The position numbers were made by a program, and so were the translations under genes. Of a stretch of DNA of 64,000 nucleotides, positions 48,001 through 62,100 are shown piece by piece. The notes below the pieces were generated by a model. It was given only the letters and a program-made list of their open reading frames with translations. It ran no database searches and was not told where the DNA came from. Source of the stretch: Phoronis australis (Eukaryota > Animalia > Phoronida); NCBI GenBank assembly GCA_002633005.1, contig NMRA01000203.1, positions 218,015 to 282,014 of the forward strand. The letters are read 5' to 3'. How positions within the stretch are numbered: position 1 is the stretch's first letter; every line of letters begins with the position of its first letter.

Positions 48001-51000
48001 TTTTGTACCACCTAGAGGCAATTTATTTTATGTTTGCTTTTGAATCTGACATTTAATGTCCAACATTTACGTTCTTGGTTATTCTTTATACGTACCGACC
48101 CGTGACACTGGCCGGATAGTGGGAATAGTCTGGCCTCTGATATCTTTTCATATCCAGTCTTAGAACCACTTTTGACAACCTATCAAACTAAATGCTGGGA
48201 GATTTTCAACAAGACACTTTTGGGTGTTAAAATCATGTTATTGTATTTTACGGAAAGAAGTGACGTTTGGTTTGTGTTTGTTTTGCAGTTATAAAAGAAA
48301 AGTTTAGCCCCTACGAGCAGGTGTGTTTACGTAACTTAAAAAAAAAACTACTGGTATTCGCGTAGCTAATTGTGTTTGTGTTTGCATCAATTGTTTTCAA
48401 CTATTTCTATAATTTTGTGCAGTGTTTAGCAGTTGCCGATCCTTTTTGTTCACTCGATTTCTGAGCATGTAGTAGGCCTATTAACCTACACCCGCGAAAT
48501 ATAATTCAAAAAATGAAAACTTTACCTTGCAAAAAATCCAATCCAATACTTTGTTGTTAACAGCGTACATTATACTTACCAATGGTCCAACTCTTGGCCA
48601 ACTATCCTTCTTTTTATTTTTTTTTCTGCCATCCCGCCACCCCATCAAAATACCTCGCTTTTGACTCATGGCGACAGTGACTTATTATCATACAGTACAA
48701 GGTAGGGCTACAAGTTGCAAAGCTTATTTGAAGCTCTTAAAACCACCAATTTGACAAGTGACACTTCAATGTAAGCATCGCTAAACCTTCCTCTAGCACC
48801 CCGTATAATAATCGTGAATTTAATATCTCAAAAACAAGAAAATAGACTTCAGTTGAAAGTCTCACAGGCATTAGTGTTGCGTATGAACGTACCCAGTGCC
48901 CGTAGCATGTCTACCAATACGCGAGTTTCTTGTATATGCGTCACATCTGCGGCTTCTGCTAATTTTCTGCGGGAAAGTGAAAAGAGCCACAGCGTGATCA
49001 AATATGTTGTCACAACCAACACAAACGCAATGCCTCACCATTCCTTTTTATACCGTAATTCGTGGTAAAACGAGCAGCAATATCTGAAGGATGTGATTGG
49101 TTGTCCCGATTTTAGGTAGCGTGTATCCACCAATAAATCCTCGTAACTCGAGGTCAGCTAATTAACATATTGTCAGACAATGTTTGCAGGTGTTCTAATT
49201 TGACATCTGATCGACTGTTTTTTTTTGTTGTATTTTTGATGTGAAAATGGTAAATTTAAGCACTTTAATTATGAATATTTAACTTTTGTCCTCAACGTGG
49301 CTGGTGATCCCGCGTCTTGTTATTGAAAACATAGACACTCGTTTGAGCATGTTTCCCTGTGAGTCATGACCAAGAATAGGTTTATGGAAATTTTCAATTA
49401 TATAATTACCTATCTGAGTAATTTACAACTGAAACGCAATAATTTTATGTTTTGAAAAATTACAAACCTGGAGAAGGGCTTATATTCGGAGAGTTTGCAA
49501 ATATAGTAAATTGCGCACATGACTGCAAGATGGAAACGGGTGTTTTGGGGCTTGATTGCGATTCTGTGGTTAATGGACTGTTGTTGGGTTCGTCTGAAAA
49601 GATAAAAAATTCGCAGATTTATCAAAGTTGCTAAAACTTTTTTTTGCAATAAATGTCGTGGGCGTACTCGTAACTAAGACAATCGGTGCATGATTCTGAA
49701 CATGACGCTCTACGTCTCTTCGTCAAAAATTCATGAGGTACACCTTCAGCACAATAGCATTTTGCCCCTCCGGAAAGCGGCATCACCATGCGCGCATACA
49801 GCGAAGTGGGCAAAAAGGTCGGCCTCAGAGAGACAAAAAGTCCGAGAAAATTCATAGTGGTGCTCCGTTTTTTTTTAAGCCGGCGGGTTTTTTTTGTTAT
49901 CAAAAGGTCCACAAAGTCAGGAATTCGTTCCCCCCATATTGAAGGTGCGTGCATCACAGCCGTGATCCAAAAGGTGTCTTGCTCCCCAATATGCCCAAGG
50001 ATGATCTTTCGTAAGAGCTGACGAGGCTTCATTACTGCAAGGGTGATTTTATAACTCACAGTGACAAACAACTCATGCTAATTTTGGAAAGTTTTAAACC
50101 CAAATTTTCGAGAAAATTAGTCTTCACGATGTTTTTCATCAAGAAAAATTGACGCAGTTGGGTCTTCGATTCTTAAGACCCAACTGGGTGAACCAACTGA
50201 AATCACAACTTTAAGTAGCATCCAAAAGACTTCGACTTGTTGACGACGTTTCCATTCATACAATAGACAGTTTCTATAAGCGCAGTACAAACGTGTCGGA
50301 GTTTTCACAAACTGAAGGTTTAGAGTGCTGGGACTGAAATCACAGAAAACCTCACCACGACACTTTGCTGCTAACCCTGGCAGCGAACTTACGTAGTCTC
50401 TACATTAACTCGCCAGGAGACAGTGTTGTGAGATGCGGACGCAACGTCGCAAATTTTTGTAAGTTTTAATTCCAGTATTAGACTGAAACTTGATCTGTTG
50501 GCAATTTTCATGCTTTCAAAACGAAACGTAGTGTGGGAGGTGGGAGTCCTATATGGTGGAAGGTGTCGAAATCTGGAGCGATATTAATTCACACGTAGCC
50601 AAAATGGAAATATAAAACTCATGTCCACACCAAGAGCTATAATTGGGCCACAAGCCTATGAAAGAGGGCTTTGAAAACAACATGCATGGTCCACATGATA
50701 TTTGTATCACTTTTTAGTACCCTGTCTTGCATCCAGGGAACCTAGCACAACCTATTTTTTCAAAACCGCGTCACAAATTCACGTCATGCTGCGTGAATCA
50801 GTCCGAAGTTTACTATACCAAGGTTCTAACATTCCATTTTTATAGGCGCAAAATCTAACATCCCAAAATCCTGTCATAATAATGAAAACGGAACGGGAGC
50901 TGAATACGGAGTAGGTATAAGTTACCGGTGACAGTACTGTCCCAAATACCCAAACTAAAATACCGAAATTATATCGAAACAGAATGTACTCGGTGCCAAA

Positions 51001-53004
51001 ATCGATGCCTTGGAAACTGAAAGTGTGGCTGATTTCAAATTTTCATGTATATTTTCCAATTCAAGCAACTATGACGTTAAAAAACTCAGCATGAAGTCGA
51101 TCTCAAGATCGCAAATAGTCAGCCAAAAATGATGCCAGTGAGTTGCCGATTCTCTAAAAGGGTACTGGTTCACCTAATTTCACAGTGGAACGCCTCATAA
51201 TGGCTATATAGCCTAGTTGAATCCTCAAATTTTTACTTCCTGTTGTGCTCGGTATCAGCAGTTGTGTAGGTATCGGTGTTGTAAAAATTTTTAAAATACT
51301 AGTACCCAACCCGAGACCTGAAAGTATGATACCAGAATTGAAAATCGCACCCGATCTCAGTGAAACTTTCCTCGTGGAGTATACTAATGCCAACTGCCTA
51401 GTGCCACATTTTTGGCGGGTCACAGGTCCGTTTTTTTCCGCCGCAGCAGCAGAATTACCGGCCTTTTGACAAACGAGACGAAATGTACATAACGACAACG
51501 CTCCTTCACAGGAATGACTAAAAATAAATACTACGCCATCCTTATGTTTCTTGGAATGTTGCATGGTATTCGTTGCAGTATAATCTAGATTTAATTGTCC
51601 TGGTTTTTCGGATTTTGGCAACTGACAAGTGAAAGTATCCTTATTTTCCAACACTCCCCGCATCCTCCATAGTGACCGGCTTTTCTACTGTTAAAAAGTT
51701 TCTGGCTTGCACGTTTTTGAATGACTCAGTAATGAGAGCCATATGGCAAGGGCAAGGAGAATTCGGGCAGCACAAAAGAGAAACAATTCTGGCAACGGAG
51801 CATTCAATGGAAAAAATAGAGGGAAATCATAAACTAAAGACGGTTGGAGCGTGAAATCGACGAGGACGGAAAAGGAGGGGGTGGAATAGGTTGCGACAGG
51901 GATAACTTGTGGTGACCAGTGGGTGAAACCTGGATTTGAAAGCTATGTTCTATAGTGTATCCCCTCACCTAACATCCAATATAAGCCTAGATACGCCATG
52001 CTCAGACCCTTAGAGCAAACCATGCTCTCATGACTGAACAAATATGCGCCATCATAGATTATAGAGTATTGAGTTTCTATGATTTCAGTGAATCATCGAT
52101 TAAGTGTCGCACGTCAAGGTGCATCTAAAACAGGTGATGACGAAGACAGCTGCGTTTCTTGGGTGGGGACCTTGCATGCCCCCATCCCTATCTGTTTATA
52201 GTTAGACATATTACCAGTTAATATTATAAATTATTAACGTCCACCAATATGGGGAGCAGCTCACAGGTCCGTATAGGTGCACTAGTTCGAATCTCTACTG
52301 AAGGACTGAACCATAAAGCACTAAAGTGTTATTTGCGTCGGCATTCTACGAAATTCGCTGCATGATGCGCCCAGAAACCACTACGAGGATAAAGTCGATG
52401 GCTGCACTTGATTCACTCCGCCGGATCGCCGGTCCGACAAGCAGAGATTGGTGTTTGAGCCGGAGGTGGTCACCGGCAACCTATTATATGTCTTTGCCGG
52501 TTGACCCGGAAAATCTGGCGTAGAGAATAAACTGCAGCCAAGGAATTAAACAGCGAAAAGATATGACACAGAATGCCTAAAACGGGAGCCCCCTCTCCCT
52601 TGAAAATATTTTTCCGAGTCTCTTCAGACTTAAGCATTCTACGTTTTTAAATTATTGTATACTGTTTTTTTTTGTAATTGTTAGCTAGTCTCCCATTGGA
52701 GTTTTTTGCAATAAACAAATAAATTGCATAAAGTCCCCAACAGCAGTAAATATTGAGCTGACGGAACAATTTGTCACAGCAATGAACCGTCGGAATCCCA
52801 TTCAGTAAATTGACGGAACAATGGGATGTCGGAATATGTTTTTTTCGGAATTTTCACTGTAATCACTCAAGGCATGCTTTGAAGCCCAAATTCGCAAGCG
52901 CAGGAAAACAAAGTGTATTAGTAGGCTTACCCGTCGGGCGGTTGTTTTCCGGCGGTAGGTAAGCCTACCGTAGGCGTAGTAGGCTATTGTTTTTTTATTT
53001 TTAA

Positions 53005-53672
53005 TGTAGTATTTACAGTGAGGGAAGCTCCATCAGTTCACACTGTTTTCCACGGGGGCCCTCAGTAAAAACAAACAGACAGTAAGACAAACTAACAGAA
53101 TTACAAAATGAAAGACAAAGAATAAGAAATTAACACGGAAAGACCGATGAAACAAAATAAAAAATAAAATATGATAAATAGAAGTAAAAAGAAAGTAAGA
53201 CAAGATAATTAACTAAAATACAAATATAAATAATTAAAAACAGACAATAAATAATTGAGTAAGACATATAAATATACACGCTTGTATACACATGCACTCT
53301 TACACACAAATACATAAACACATACACACATAAACACACGTACGTACGTGCGTACATACGTACATACGTACATACATACATACATACTAAAAACAAGCAT
53401 GCACATGAATACAAAACTACATACACACACATACACGTATTATGTACGCATGAATAAAAATTGTCTGATATGGGTATACTGAATGTAAAATTGCTAAACA
53501 GAACACATCTATCTGAAGTTAAATCTATTTCTTATAGGTTATAAAGGATGATGCAGATTTGTCATCTGCAGGGAGAGTGTTCCATAAATGGCCCGCTGCA
53601 GGAAAATGATTTTTCCCAGTTTCGTTTCTGGGTTTAGGAAGATTGAAATTTGATGATAATGTACAAAAATAT
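53005..53672 (-). mobile_element. 5'-truncated CR1/L2-group LINE 3' end with microsatellite-rich 3'UTR
   Basis: Minus-strand peptide NFNLPKPRNETGK...HLWNTLPADDKSASSFITYKK resembles the ORF2 C-terminal WNxLP motif; (TACA/TACG/CA)n at 53300-53440. Confidence 0.65.
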
Positions 53673-55058
53673 ATGAAAAATATACCAGAGTCCGAATGAT
53701 ATCTGATACACTAGTGAACCCCGGCCGTCGGCCAGTGCACTGACTGCCTTCGGACTACCGGCGTGCCATGTAACCAAAAGGATGTACCGCTAATGCTTGA
53801 ACTTGGACTACTTGGAAGAATCACAGTTTGCAGGCGCCGTGATTGAAGAACACTTCGACGCCCGGGTGTCATCTCAGAGCCTGAGTTACCATGAAAACGT
53901 CCTCGTCCTACCACGTCTGGTACATGTACAATGGGCTTTTTTGAAAATTCGGACAACCAGATAAATGGGGTGGACGGCACAACTTGTGGTTGCGGGCTTG
54001 GAGTGAATTCAGCCATTTCAATAAGTCGTCTGCAGCAGACACTCCGCTAACGCACTTCATCCAACAGGGACATCTAAATAACCAATCATAACTCTCGTGT
54101 TATTCTGGCCGGCGCTTTAAAAATGGCGCCTTCGGCAACGTGGTATCAGATGAGCAGATTGTGTTGAGGAAGGTATGATTACATCTAAAATTCCTGTGCA
54201 AATGCTGTATTTTGAGGTGACGGTGTGTGTAAAGCGATTTATTGCCCTGGCCACTATCTATATCTATATCATAGCTAGGTTTTTGTCATAACAATTCTCC
54301 CCACCAACCACAGCCACAGGCACCGGAAGCCGCTCACGGCGAGCGGCTGATAGTGCCTGTGCACCAACTCTGAAACCTCGCATCAGTGATTCTGTATTAC
54401 CACAGCACAGGCACCTTAATCATATCAGCCCCTTGACGGATCTAGTGAGGTGTCGTATTAAGGGATGCATAAACGGCGAAAGAAAAATGTCCACGATCAG
54501 CCTCAATTCTAAACATGACATGCAGACGACGTTTTTGCATGGATCTTCTGCTATATGATTATGGAACTCCTAGTACTAGTAGGCCTACAGTTTCTAAATC
54601 TCGTTACTAAATCTTCGACTACAGTCTGCAGTGAATCCTTATGGAAAACCAATTCCTATGAGCACTCATCTATACACTAGTGTGCAGTCCATCGTTGTTT
54701 AGTCGATAAGACATTCAACTATTGTGTAAATTTGAAGAATTTTAGTTTGCAAATATTTATTACGCACCTGTAGGATCGAGTATCCCAATTTCAGTGATCG
54801 GCATTGTCATAATCGCTGATAGTTTAACAAGTTGGCAAACCAATGTTCTACACATTGTGCCTGATGCTAACCGATATTCAAGAAATACAATTTTCAAACG
54901 AAATTCAACAAATGCTGTGAAGATGTGTTTTTATGAAATACTATCATCAAAAAACTTCAAACAGAAAAAAATTAAGATGACTTTCAGAAAAACTAGACTG
55001 ACTTTCAACTACCGATTCCTTTGTGTGACTGCATATTGAACTGAGACTGACCCGCTTA

Positions 55059-55570
55059 CCATTACGGCGTTTTCTCGTTGCTCCCAAATTGTTCGATTCT
55101 ATAGCCCAACAACAAGTTGGGAAGATGACCTCCGTAGCCAATATCTCACACCACTGATTAACTCCATTCTGGCATTATGGTTGGAGGGCCAGCTCTCTTT
55201 TGTTCTATAATTGCTCTAATCTCCAGTAAGATCGTATCTAGCCTAACTGGGCTGTGCTGTTAAAATAAAAGTTAAGTTATAACATATTTGAACATAAACC
55301 AATAGCACTTCTGAAATCCTTGTCAAATGCTGATCATGTTTAGTTTTTGAATCGCCAAAATCGCCCAACTACAACCGAAGTTACGACAATCTATTCTTTA
55401 TGAACGTACCAATTCGCTCTGGGTTTGACTGTGTTCACACGTGGTCTGTAATAAGCCTGGTAAATAATTGGCGTGCCTGTTGTCATACCAGGCAAAAGAC
55501 TGCTTGGCAGTTAACAAAGAAGCTGGATGTTATCAGTAGTCATGCTCACAACCCTCTATGTCTGGGAACC
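55059..55570. repeat. Segment paralogous to 57538-58320 plus 61745-61862
   Basis: Shared blocks such as tatggttggagggccagct, ctgggctgtgctgttaaaa and ccttgtcaaatgctgatcatgttta. Confidence 0.85.
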
Positions 55571-55921
55571 ATAAATACACAGTGACACTACACTGGGGAA
55601 GGCAGTCACCAGAAAGTTGGATACAAAAACCTTTTTAGGTCCGGCATGTGCTACACGTGTTGTGTTTAGGATATATTAAATCTTGACGTATAGTTAAGCT
55701 GACCTTAGAGGTAAGCCAAATAGTTCACTTGCCTGGTTATTAACTTTAGCGGTACATGTCATCATGGTATATGTTGTCTTTGGTGTCAATTCATCATGCC
55801 AATTTGCCAACGGATGCCCTTTCACTTGGGGATTTGCTTATCCAACTGTTGAAAGCATTCTTCTTGTTTTTGCCATCAGGAGCTATGCTAATGTGTTGAT
55901 ACTTGCAGGTTCTAATACAGC

Positions 55922-56198
55922 ATGTTTAGTCCTTCAAAGAAACCTTTAAAAGTTTACTCTCGAAGATGTCGTAAAAGCAACAAAAGTAGACGTACCGTAA
56001 AACACAACTCCACGTACCTGAGTTTATCCTTAAAGCAACAACACAGTCCTATCCTCGTCATCGCTATGGATAGTGACAAGTCGGACTATGAGTGTTCAAT
56101 GGCTGCACAGACTATGGCTTATATGGAAGCAAGTGATGACTCTTGGCCTTACCACATGTCTAATCATGCGGAAAGTCTTCCTTTAAAAAGTAGCAAAG
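55922..56198 (+). CDS. Uncharacterised gene coding exon 1
   Basis: MFSPSKKPLKVYSRR...LPLKSSK G|gtgaaa; upstream acceptor at 55908 followed by an in-frame TAA before the ATG. Confidence 0.6.
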
Positions 56199-59100
56199 GT
56201 GAAACAAGTTCTACAATTATTAAGAATTCATTTTTGATAGTGTGATAGCTTTGAGGTAGACTGAATTGGATTAGATATCAGCTATCAGAATTTTAATTTA
56301 CCTTATTGATGATTTGATCGATGACATAAATAATGTATTTATAGTTCACCCCCAGGCTTCACCAGCTGGGTCTCCTGACAGTCCATTTTTTGTGTTTCTT
56401 TCAACTCAAGGGAATAATTGCATGCCCATTATTTTCCTTATCAGCAAAGTAAAAGAAATCATTAATATTTTCATAATGCAGCGAGTATCTTAGCTTTGAA
56501 AAATATGTATAAAGAAATACAATGCAGATGCAGTAATGCTGGCTAACAGTGCTTCTTGTTGAACAATTATAATGAGAAGTTCAGACACCTTTAGGTTTGC
56601 ATGCTGATGGAAGGGCATCTGAATGGCCTGCCTGGAAACAATCTGATTGAGACACCAGTGCTGATGAATAATTCTTTATGGGCATAGAAAGACTTCACTC
56701 ATAGAAAGACTTCACTCATGCGTCTAACAAGATCTTAAAAGCATATTTTATGCTAATTGTTATTTTTTATGCATTTAAAGGTGCGTTGTTTGCCTCAAAA
56801 ACTGGTTCGGTGCTATTTGGTTTTAGTACTAAAAGTGCTTGTCTATAAGTTCATATCTACTCGTTAAATATTTCCAGAAACATGTCATCGAGTTTATGAA
56901 ATCACGGAGGATCGTGCCTGCATTGTGGAGCGCATACATGAGGATCATGAACCCAGTATTGAGCGGATGCGAGAAGCTTCTTACCCAGCTGAGCTAGCAG
57001 GTAAAAGGACTCAGTTGTTTCATTAGTTAGGTAAATAAACTGTGGTAAGTAATTAGGAATTGCTGTGCCATGAAGTTTTTGTTTGTTTGTTTTTTTTTGT
57101 AAGCAAGCAACAGGTTCCATTTTTCCAATCAAAATTTACGTATTGTGAAAAGCTCGGTTCATACTGTGTTTGGAACTCAAAAGGGCCATTTTTTAAATTT
57201 TCACTTTCCATTTTATATTTGCCGTCTGTCAGCTGTTCCTCACTGCAAAGGACAGATTGTCAAGATCCTTCACAAAGTTTTTCTGTACATGTTCGTGGCT
57301 TTAATGACTATATGTCTGCATGTTTATATTTCTACACAGGATGTGACATCAACTTTGTGAATGAGTTAGCAGGAGAAGTAGATGAAACAATGTTGGATGC
57401 CGAGTATGGACGTCGGAAACCTTTGAATTCTACGCTGCTGAACTTTTCCAGTGGAAGAAACATCAGTGACATGACCATAAAGCCTGATTTATCTGCAATT
57501 AATGGTGAGGAGCTGCTTAGAGATATCTTTGGTTGAATCATTATGGCGTTCTCTTGTTAAGTCCAACTTGTTGGGTCCTATACAAGGTACCTAAACTACA
57601 TGTTTAACGGACTCATAAACATGGTCACGGACGCACAAACACAACTCACGTACCTGCAAACACCGTTCACTGACTCACAAACATGGGAACGGACTCACAA
57701 AACACAATTCATTCACCCAAATACATGGGACACGGACTCACATTCACGAAAAAACACGGTTAACGGACCGCCAAACACGGGTCACGGACTCATCGGCTTC
57801 CTGGGTCGGCTGACATCTACATTTGTCGGTAAACTGTGTTTGGCGGTCCGTTAACCGTGTTTTTTCGTGAATGTGAGTCCGTGTCCCGTGTATTTGGGTG
57901 AATGGATCGTGTTTTGTGAGTCCATGACCGTGTTTGTGAGTCCGTTAACTGTGTATTTTAGGCACCTTGCTATAACACAACAACAAGTTGGGCGGATGAC
58001 AACTGTAACCAATATATTACACGCCGATTAACCCCATTCCGGCATTTATGGTTGGAGGGCCAGCTATCTTTTGTTCAATAATTCAATTGATCTAATCTCC
58101 AATAAGATCCTGTCCATATACTGACTGGGCTGTGCTGTTAAAAGTAAAAATTAAGTTATAAAATGTTTGAACCAATAACATTAATTTCGGAATTCCTTGT
58201 CAAATGCTGATCATGTTTATTTTTTGAATCACTAAAATCACTCAACTACAACTGAAGTTAAGACAATTTATTCCGTCCGAACGCACCAATGCATTGGGTT
58301 TGACTGTGTTCAAACATGATCCAGGGCAAGTGAGCCATAAAAACTACTCACCCAGCAAGTTCAGTCGCCCGACCATTTTGCATCGGTCACCAAAACTTGC
58401 TGTGAACGTCAATAAAAATGATCATTTCGTGCGGTGATGTCACCATCTATTAAGGCTAGTATCGTTCTTAGAAAATGCAGAATTCCTACCAAGAAACTTT
58501 CGACGTCAATGAATTCCCAACGCAAGACGTAGCCTTGGCGCAAAACTATATACAATGTACTAATATACAGCTATGCGCCGATGTGGGTAAAAGACTGTCC
58601 AGATAAAATCTGACACAAAATTAGTGTCATTAAACTACACTCTTCCTTGAGTAAACTAAATTATTTACCGTTGTTGGAATAATTGGCGTTCTACCATTAT
58701 TCTGCTGCTAAAATTGCAGCACTATCTTTGCATCAGCTTTTAGCGGCATGAAATATTGTGTCACCCATTGGTCAGTTTCTTTGTTTGCCGATTCTTCAAT
58801 CAACTGTCGTTCTTTCACAAGGTTGTGTACACGTCACAACAAATTATCGCAATTGGTTTCACTTCATTATAAGTTTTTAATATTTTAACCCTTATCCTTC
58901 TGAGCTTCTATTCAGACAACTTTCCCTGTGTGCTGAGCTTAGTAGGTCACCACTACTCCTGTACACTGGGCTGTTATGAAGGTCACCCAGACTAGTGACC
59001 TAACAATTTTAAATTGGAAATTTGAAGGGAAAATGTTAATTTCACAGAAATGAAGCCTACATAAAAGCTGTCAAGAATTTAATTGAGATTTTCACGATAT

Positions 59101-62100
59101 GTAAATCTTCACCACAGCCTTAGTGAAAGTAAACTAGTCCAGTGTCATCCTCTCACTCCAGCCATATAATGAAACTATGTCTACACTTACCTAAACCTGC
59201 CAATATCTCACAAACTAGTAATCACAGCCATATGGTTTAAATCAGAGAAATGTAGAGGTAACTGTGAACTATGGGATGCACATGCTCATATATCTAAACA
59301 ACATCCAGGGCTCTCACAAATGAAAATCACATGCCGTGAATAAAACGCTTACACGAAAGTCACGCATTTCTAAAGATATGCGTGACTTTTCACCGCTCGT
59401 CCTGCTGGACAGCTATCAAAGAGAGCACGGCGCCAGAGTTGGACTCAGTTGTGATGACCGCATTTTCCGGTGCGAGCAAGACCCAGTTGGGTGTAATTAC
59501 CCGACCATAAACTGTAAGTAGTAAACAGCTCTGCCTGTACATACTGGCGAATTTTCAAAATGCATTAACCAGCAGTTTTCAATAAAAACAAAAACCACAT
59601 CTTAATTCAGATGGAAAAAACAACGGATTTTGCTTTTCGGTTTTTAAAAATCGATGAACTCTTATGCTAAAAATTAAAAGTATTGGGTACGATTGAAGAT
59701 AAACGACTGTGCGTATTGGCTGGTATACTTGGTGATTTACAAACGCTGATCAGAGTTAACAAGATCACGTAGATTATTCTTTTAATATACAATTAAGCTA
59801 CATTGAAACATCCATTAACAACACACAGTGACTAAATTAGATGTCAATAACTATTTAAAACATCGCTTATGGCCCAGTGCTTGTCGAACTACTTCAGGAG
59901 TAAGTACACTAACCGGAAAACTGCTGTTTGCGGAAATGCACCAATTTTGATAGTTAGCTTGTGGTTGTAATGGAAAACCTGTGAAGACAACTAAGATGGC
60001 TAGCTTTGTAGTCAATGAGAGAGTGCAGGCAGTGGATGAGGTTGGTCGGTGGGTTAGAGCTCTGATTTCATTTTGTATGACTGAGGAAAAGCTACAATAG
60101 TTATGTAGTTACTGCAACCAAAATTGTCCAGAGGTTCCAAATCTTCAGTTCGGCTATCACCATATTTTCACTTTTGTATCTATTTTATGATTTGAGTCCT
60201 GATAAGGATTGAACTTGAACTAATGACACGTGTAGTTTTGTTTGCTGTGACATGTTTGGTGTAGCTGTAATCTGGAAAATTCATGGATGGGTTTGCGATT
60301 AACTGACTTCTAAGTTGTTTTGATACCAAACACATTGTAATAGGATAATTGGCATGTCAGCTGACCTTGCCTAGTGCAGGATAAGGATTAATACCACCAA
60401 ACCAAATTTCAGAACAAATTCTGCTGTCATCTTTTCCCTAGAGATATCATAAAACTTTATCGAAATGGCACGTGCATGTGTCATGAGTGAACTGTTTTCA
60501 AAACGACGACACTTTTCTTTGTTACAAAAAGTGGAGAGTGACCCAAGAAAATGATGTTTATTAGATTGTTCTTCATTTAAATGGCTGCAACAGGCAAGGT
60601 GAGTGGCAGTTGAATCCTAGATCTACATGTTTATACTAGTTCCACGGCAAACGTGACAAGCAGAACTATCTGGGCTGTATGCAATTGCAAGGACTGTCAA
60701 AGCTCAACACTGTGGTACGTGACTGTATTTTAACAATAGTCTTCCCAGAGCTTGCTGGCTGGCAACTCAAGATGATATGTCATCCAACACAGTAACTACG
60801 TTTTAATTAAAATTGTGTCTCGAAGACAGGCCCGCTCTTTCTGCAAATCAGATTCAAAATCTTCCCTTCTCTCCTTCTCCTAATAATCTGCATGATATTT
60901 TCTTTTTTCCACCGCAGTTTGCTTAGAAGGAGGGCTGACTCCCTCTAAAAAACGCCACATTGTTATGCTTGACAATGAAAATGAGAACACCCTTTTAAAG
61001 ACGATAGCACATGCACCAGTCGTGCACAATTGAACGCGCATGTCACGATTCTGCATTCGGGACTAGAACAGTTTTCAAGGGGTGGGAATAATACTCATTG
61101 TCTTGCCAGTGGCCACACCTAGAAACGTGCTGTACTGCAACATCATATGGCTGGACCAAAATATGGAAAAAGCCTTTGCATCGGGAAATCATTCGCACTA
61201 ATTCCATACATGTATGATCAATCTAGCTATAATTGCGATACTTCAATTATTTTGCTAATAATGATAGCAAGGACAACCATTTTAATTTAGAAGTGTTTTC
61301 AATGTTATTATTCATAAGACAATCTTGGCCAAAATAATTACACTGCACAATAAGAAATCAGTTACAAGAAATATGGTATTTCACTTGCTATGAGCACATG
61401 AATCGGTATTCCGCCTTTTACCCTTTTCGTCATTTCAGACTTAAGTCCACAAATTCCTTTGTACAGGACCCACCACACATCACACCTTGACCTTTTGTCT
61501 CAAGGAATCGCATTACTGGTAACATCTACTGACTCGGTAGGAGTGCACTGCACCAATGTTTTTTACTGCCAGCCTGGAGCATTGACATGCTGACCAAACT
61601 TAACCTTAAATTCATGATAAAAACAGCAAAGGGAGGAAAAAGTTTATTCATGTTCATCTGGGAAACAGTAGAGTGCTTTTGCGCTCTGAAATTTGCTCGC
61701 CACCTGGGCGACTGGCAAGTGAACTTCTACTAAGTATATCCCTGGTGATCAATAATAACCTTGGTAGATAATTGGCCTGCCTGTTGTCATACCAGACAAC
61801 AGACTGTGCTCAGCAGTTAGGAGCTAGATGTTATCACATGCTCACAACCACTCTATGTCTGGTAAAGTCACTGAACAGAAGAACGCCTTAATGTATAACA
61901 GTATAATTAAGTTATTACCAGGAGGTTTGAAAATTTGTCTAGCACATACTCTAAGAGTGACGGAGGTTGTCCATATTTTTTTAAAATTATTTTCAAAGTA
62001 GCCAATTAGTTATGATTTAATTCAAGTGATACTTATTTCAAATGTTTCATCAGCAAGAAGTATTTATCTGTCAAAAACAGCTTTGAAAAGTATTCAAAGC

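Noticed and set aside
47610-48669. Possible minus-strand gene (MSQKRG... exon plus AQVVPKTPK... exon)
   Set aside because: Splice phases are incompatible (phase 0 donor, phase 1 open frame) and no family is recognisable; probably TE debris
49400-52560. Cluster of 60-170-aa ORFs in GC-richer sequence
   Set aside because: No recognisable motifs or consistent exon chain; looks like decayed repeats
52921-52968. Hairpin gtaggcttacc...ggtaagcctac as terminator or miRNA
   Set aside because: Isolated 11-bp stem of the kind common in repeat debris; no further support
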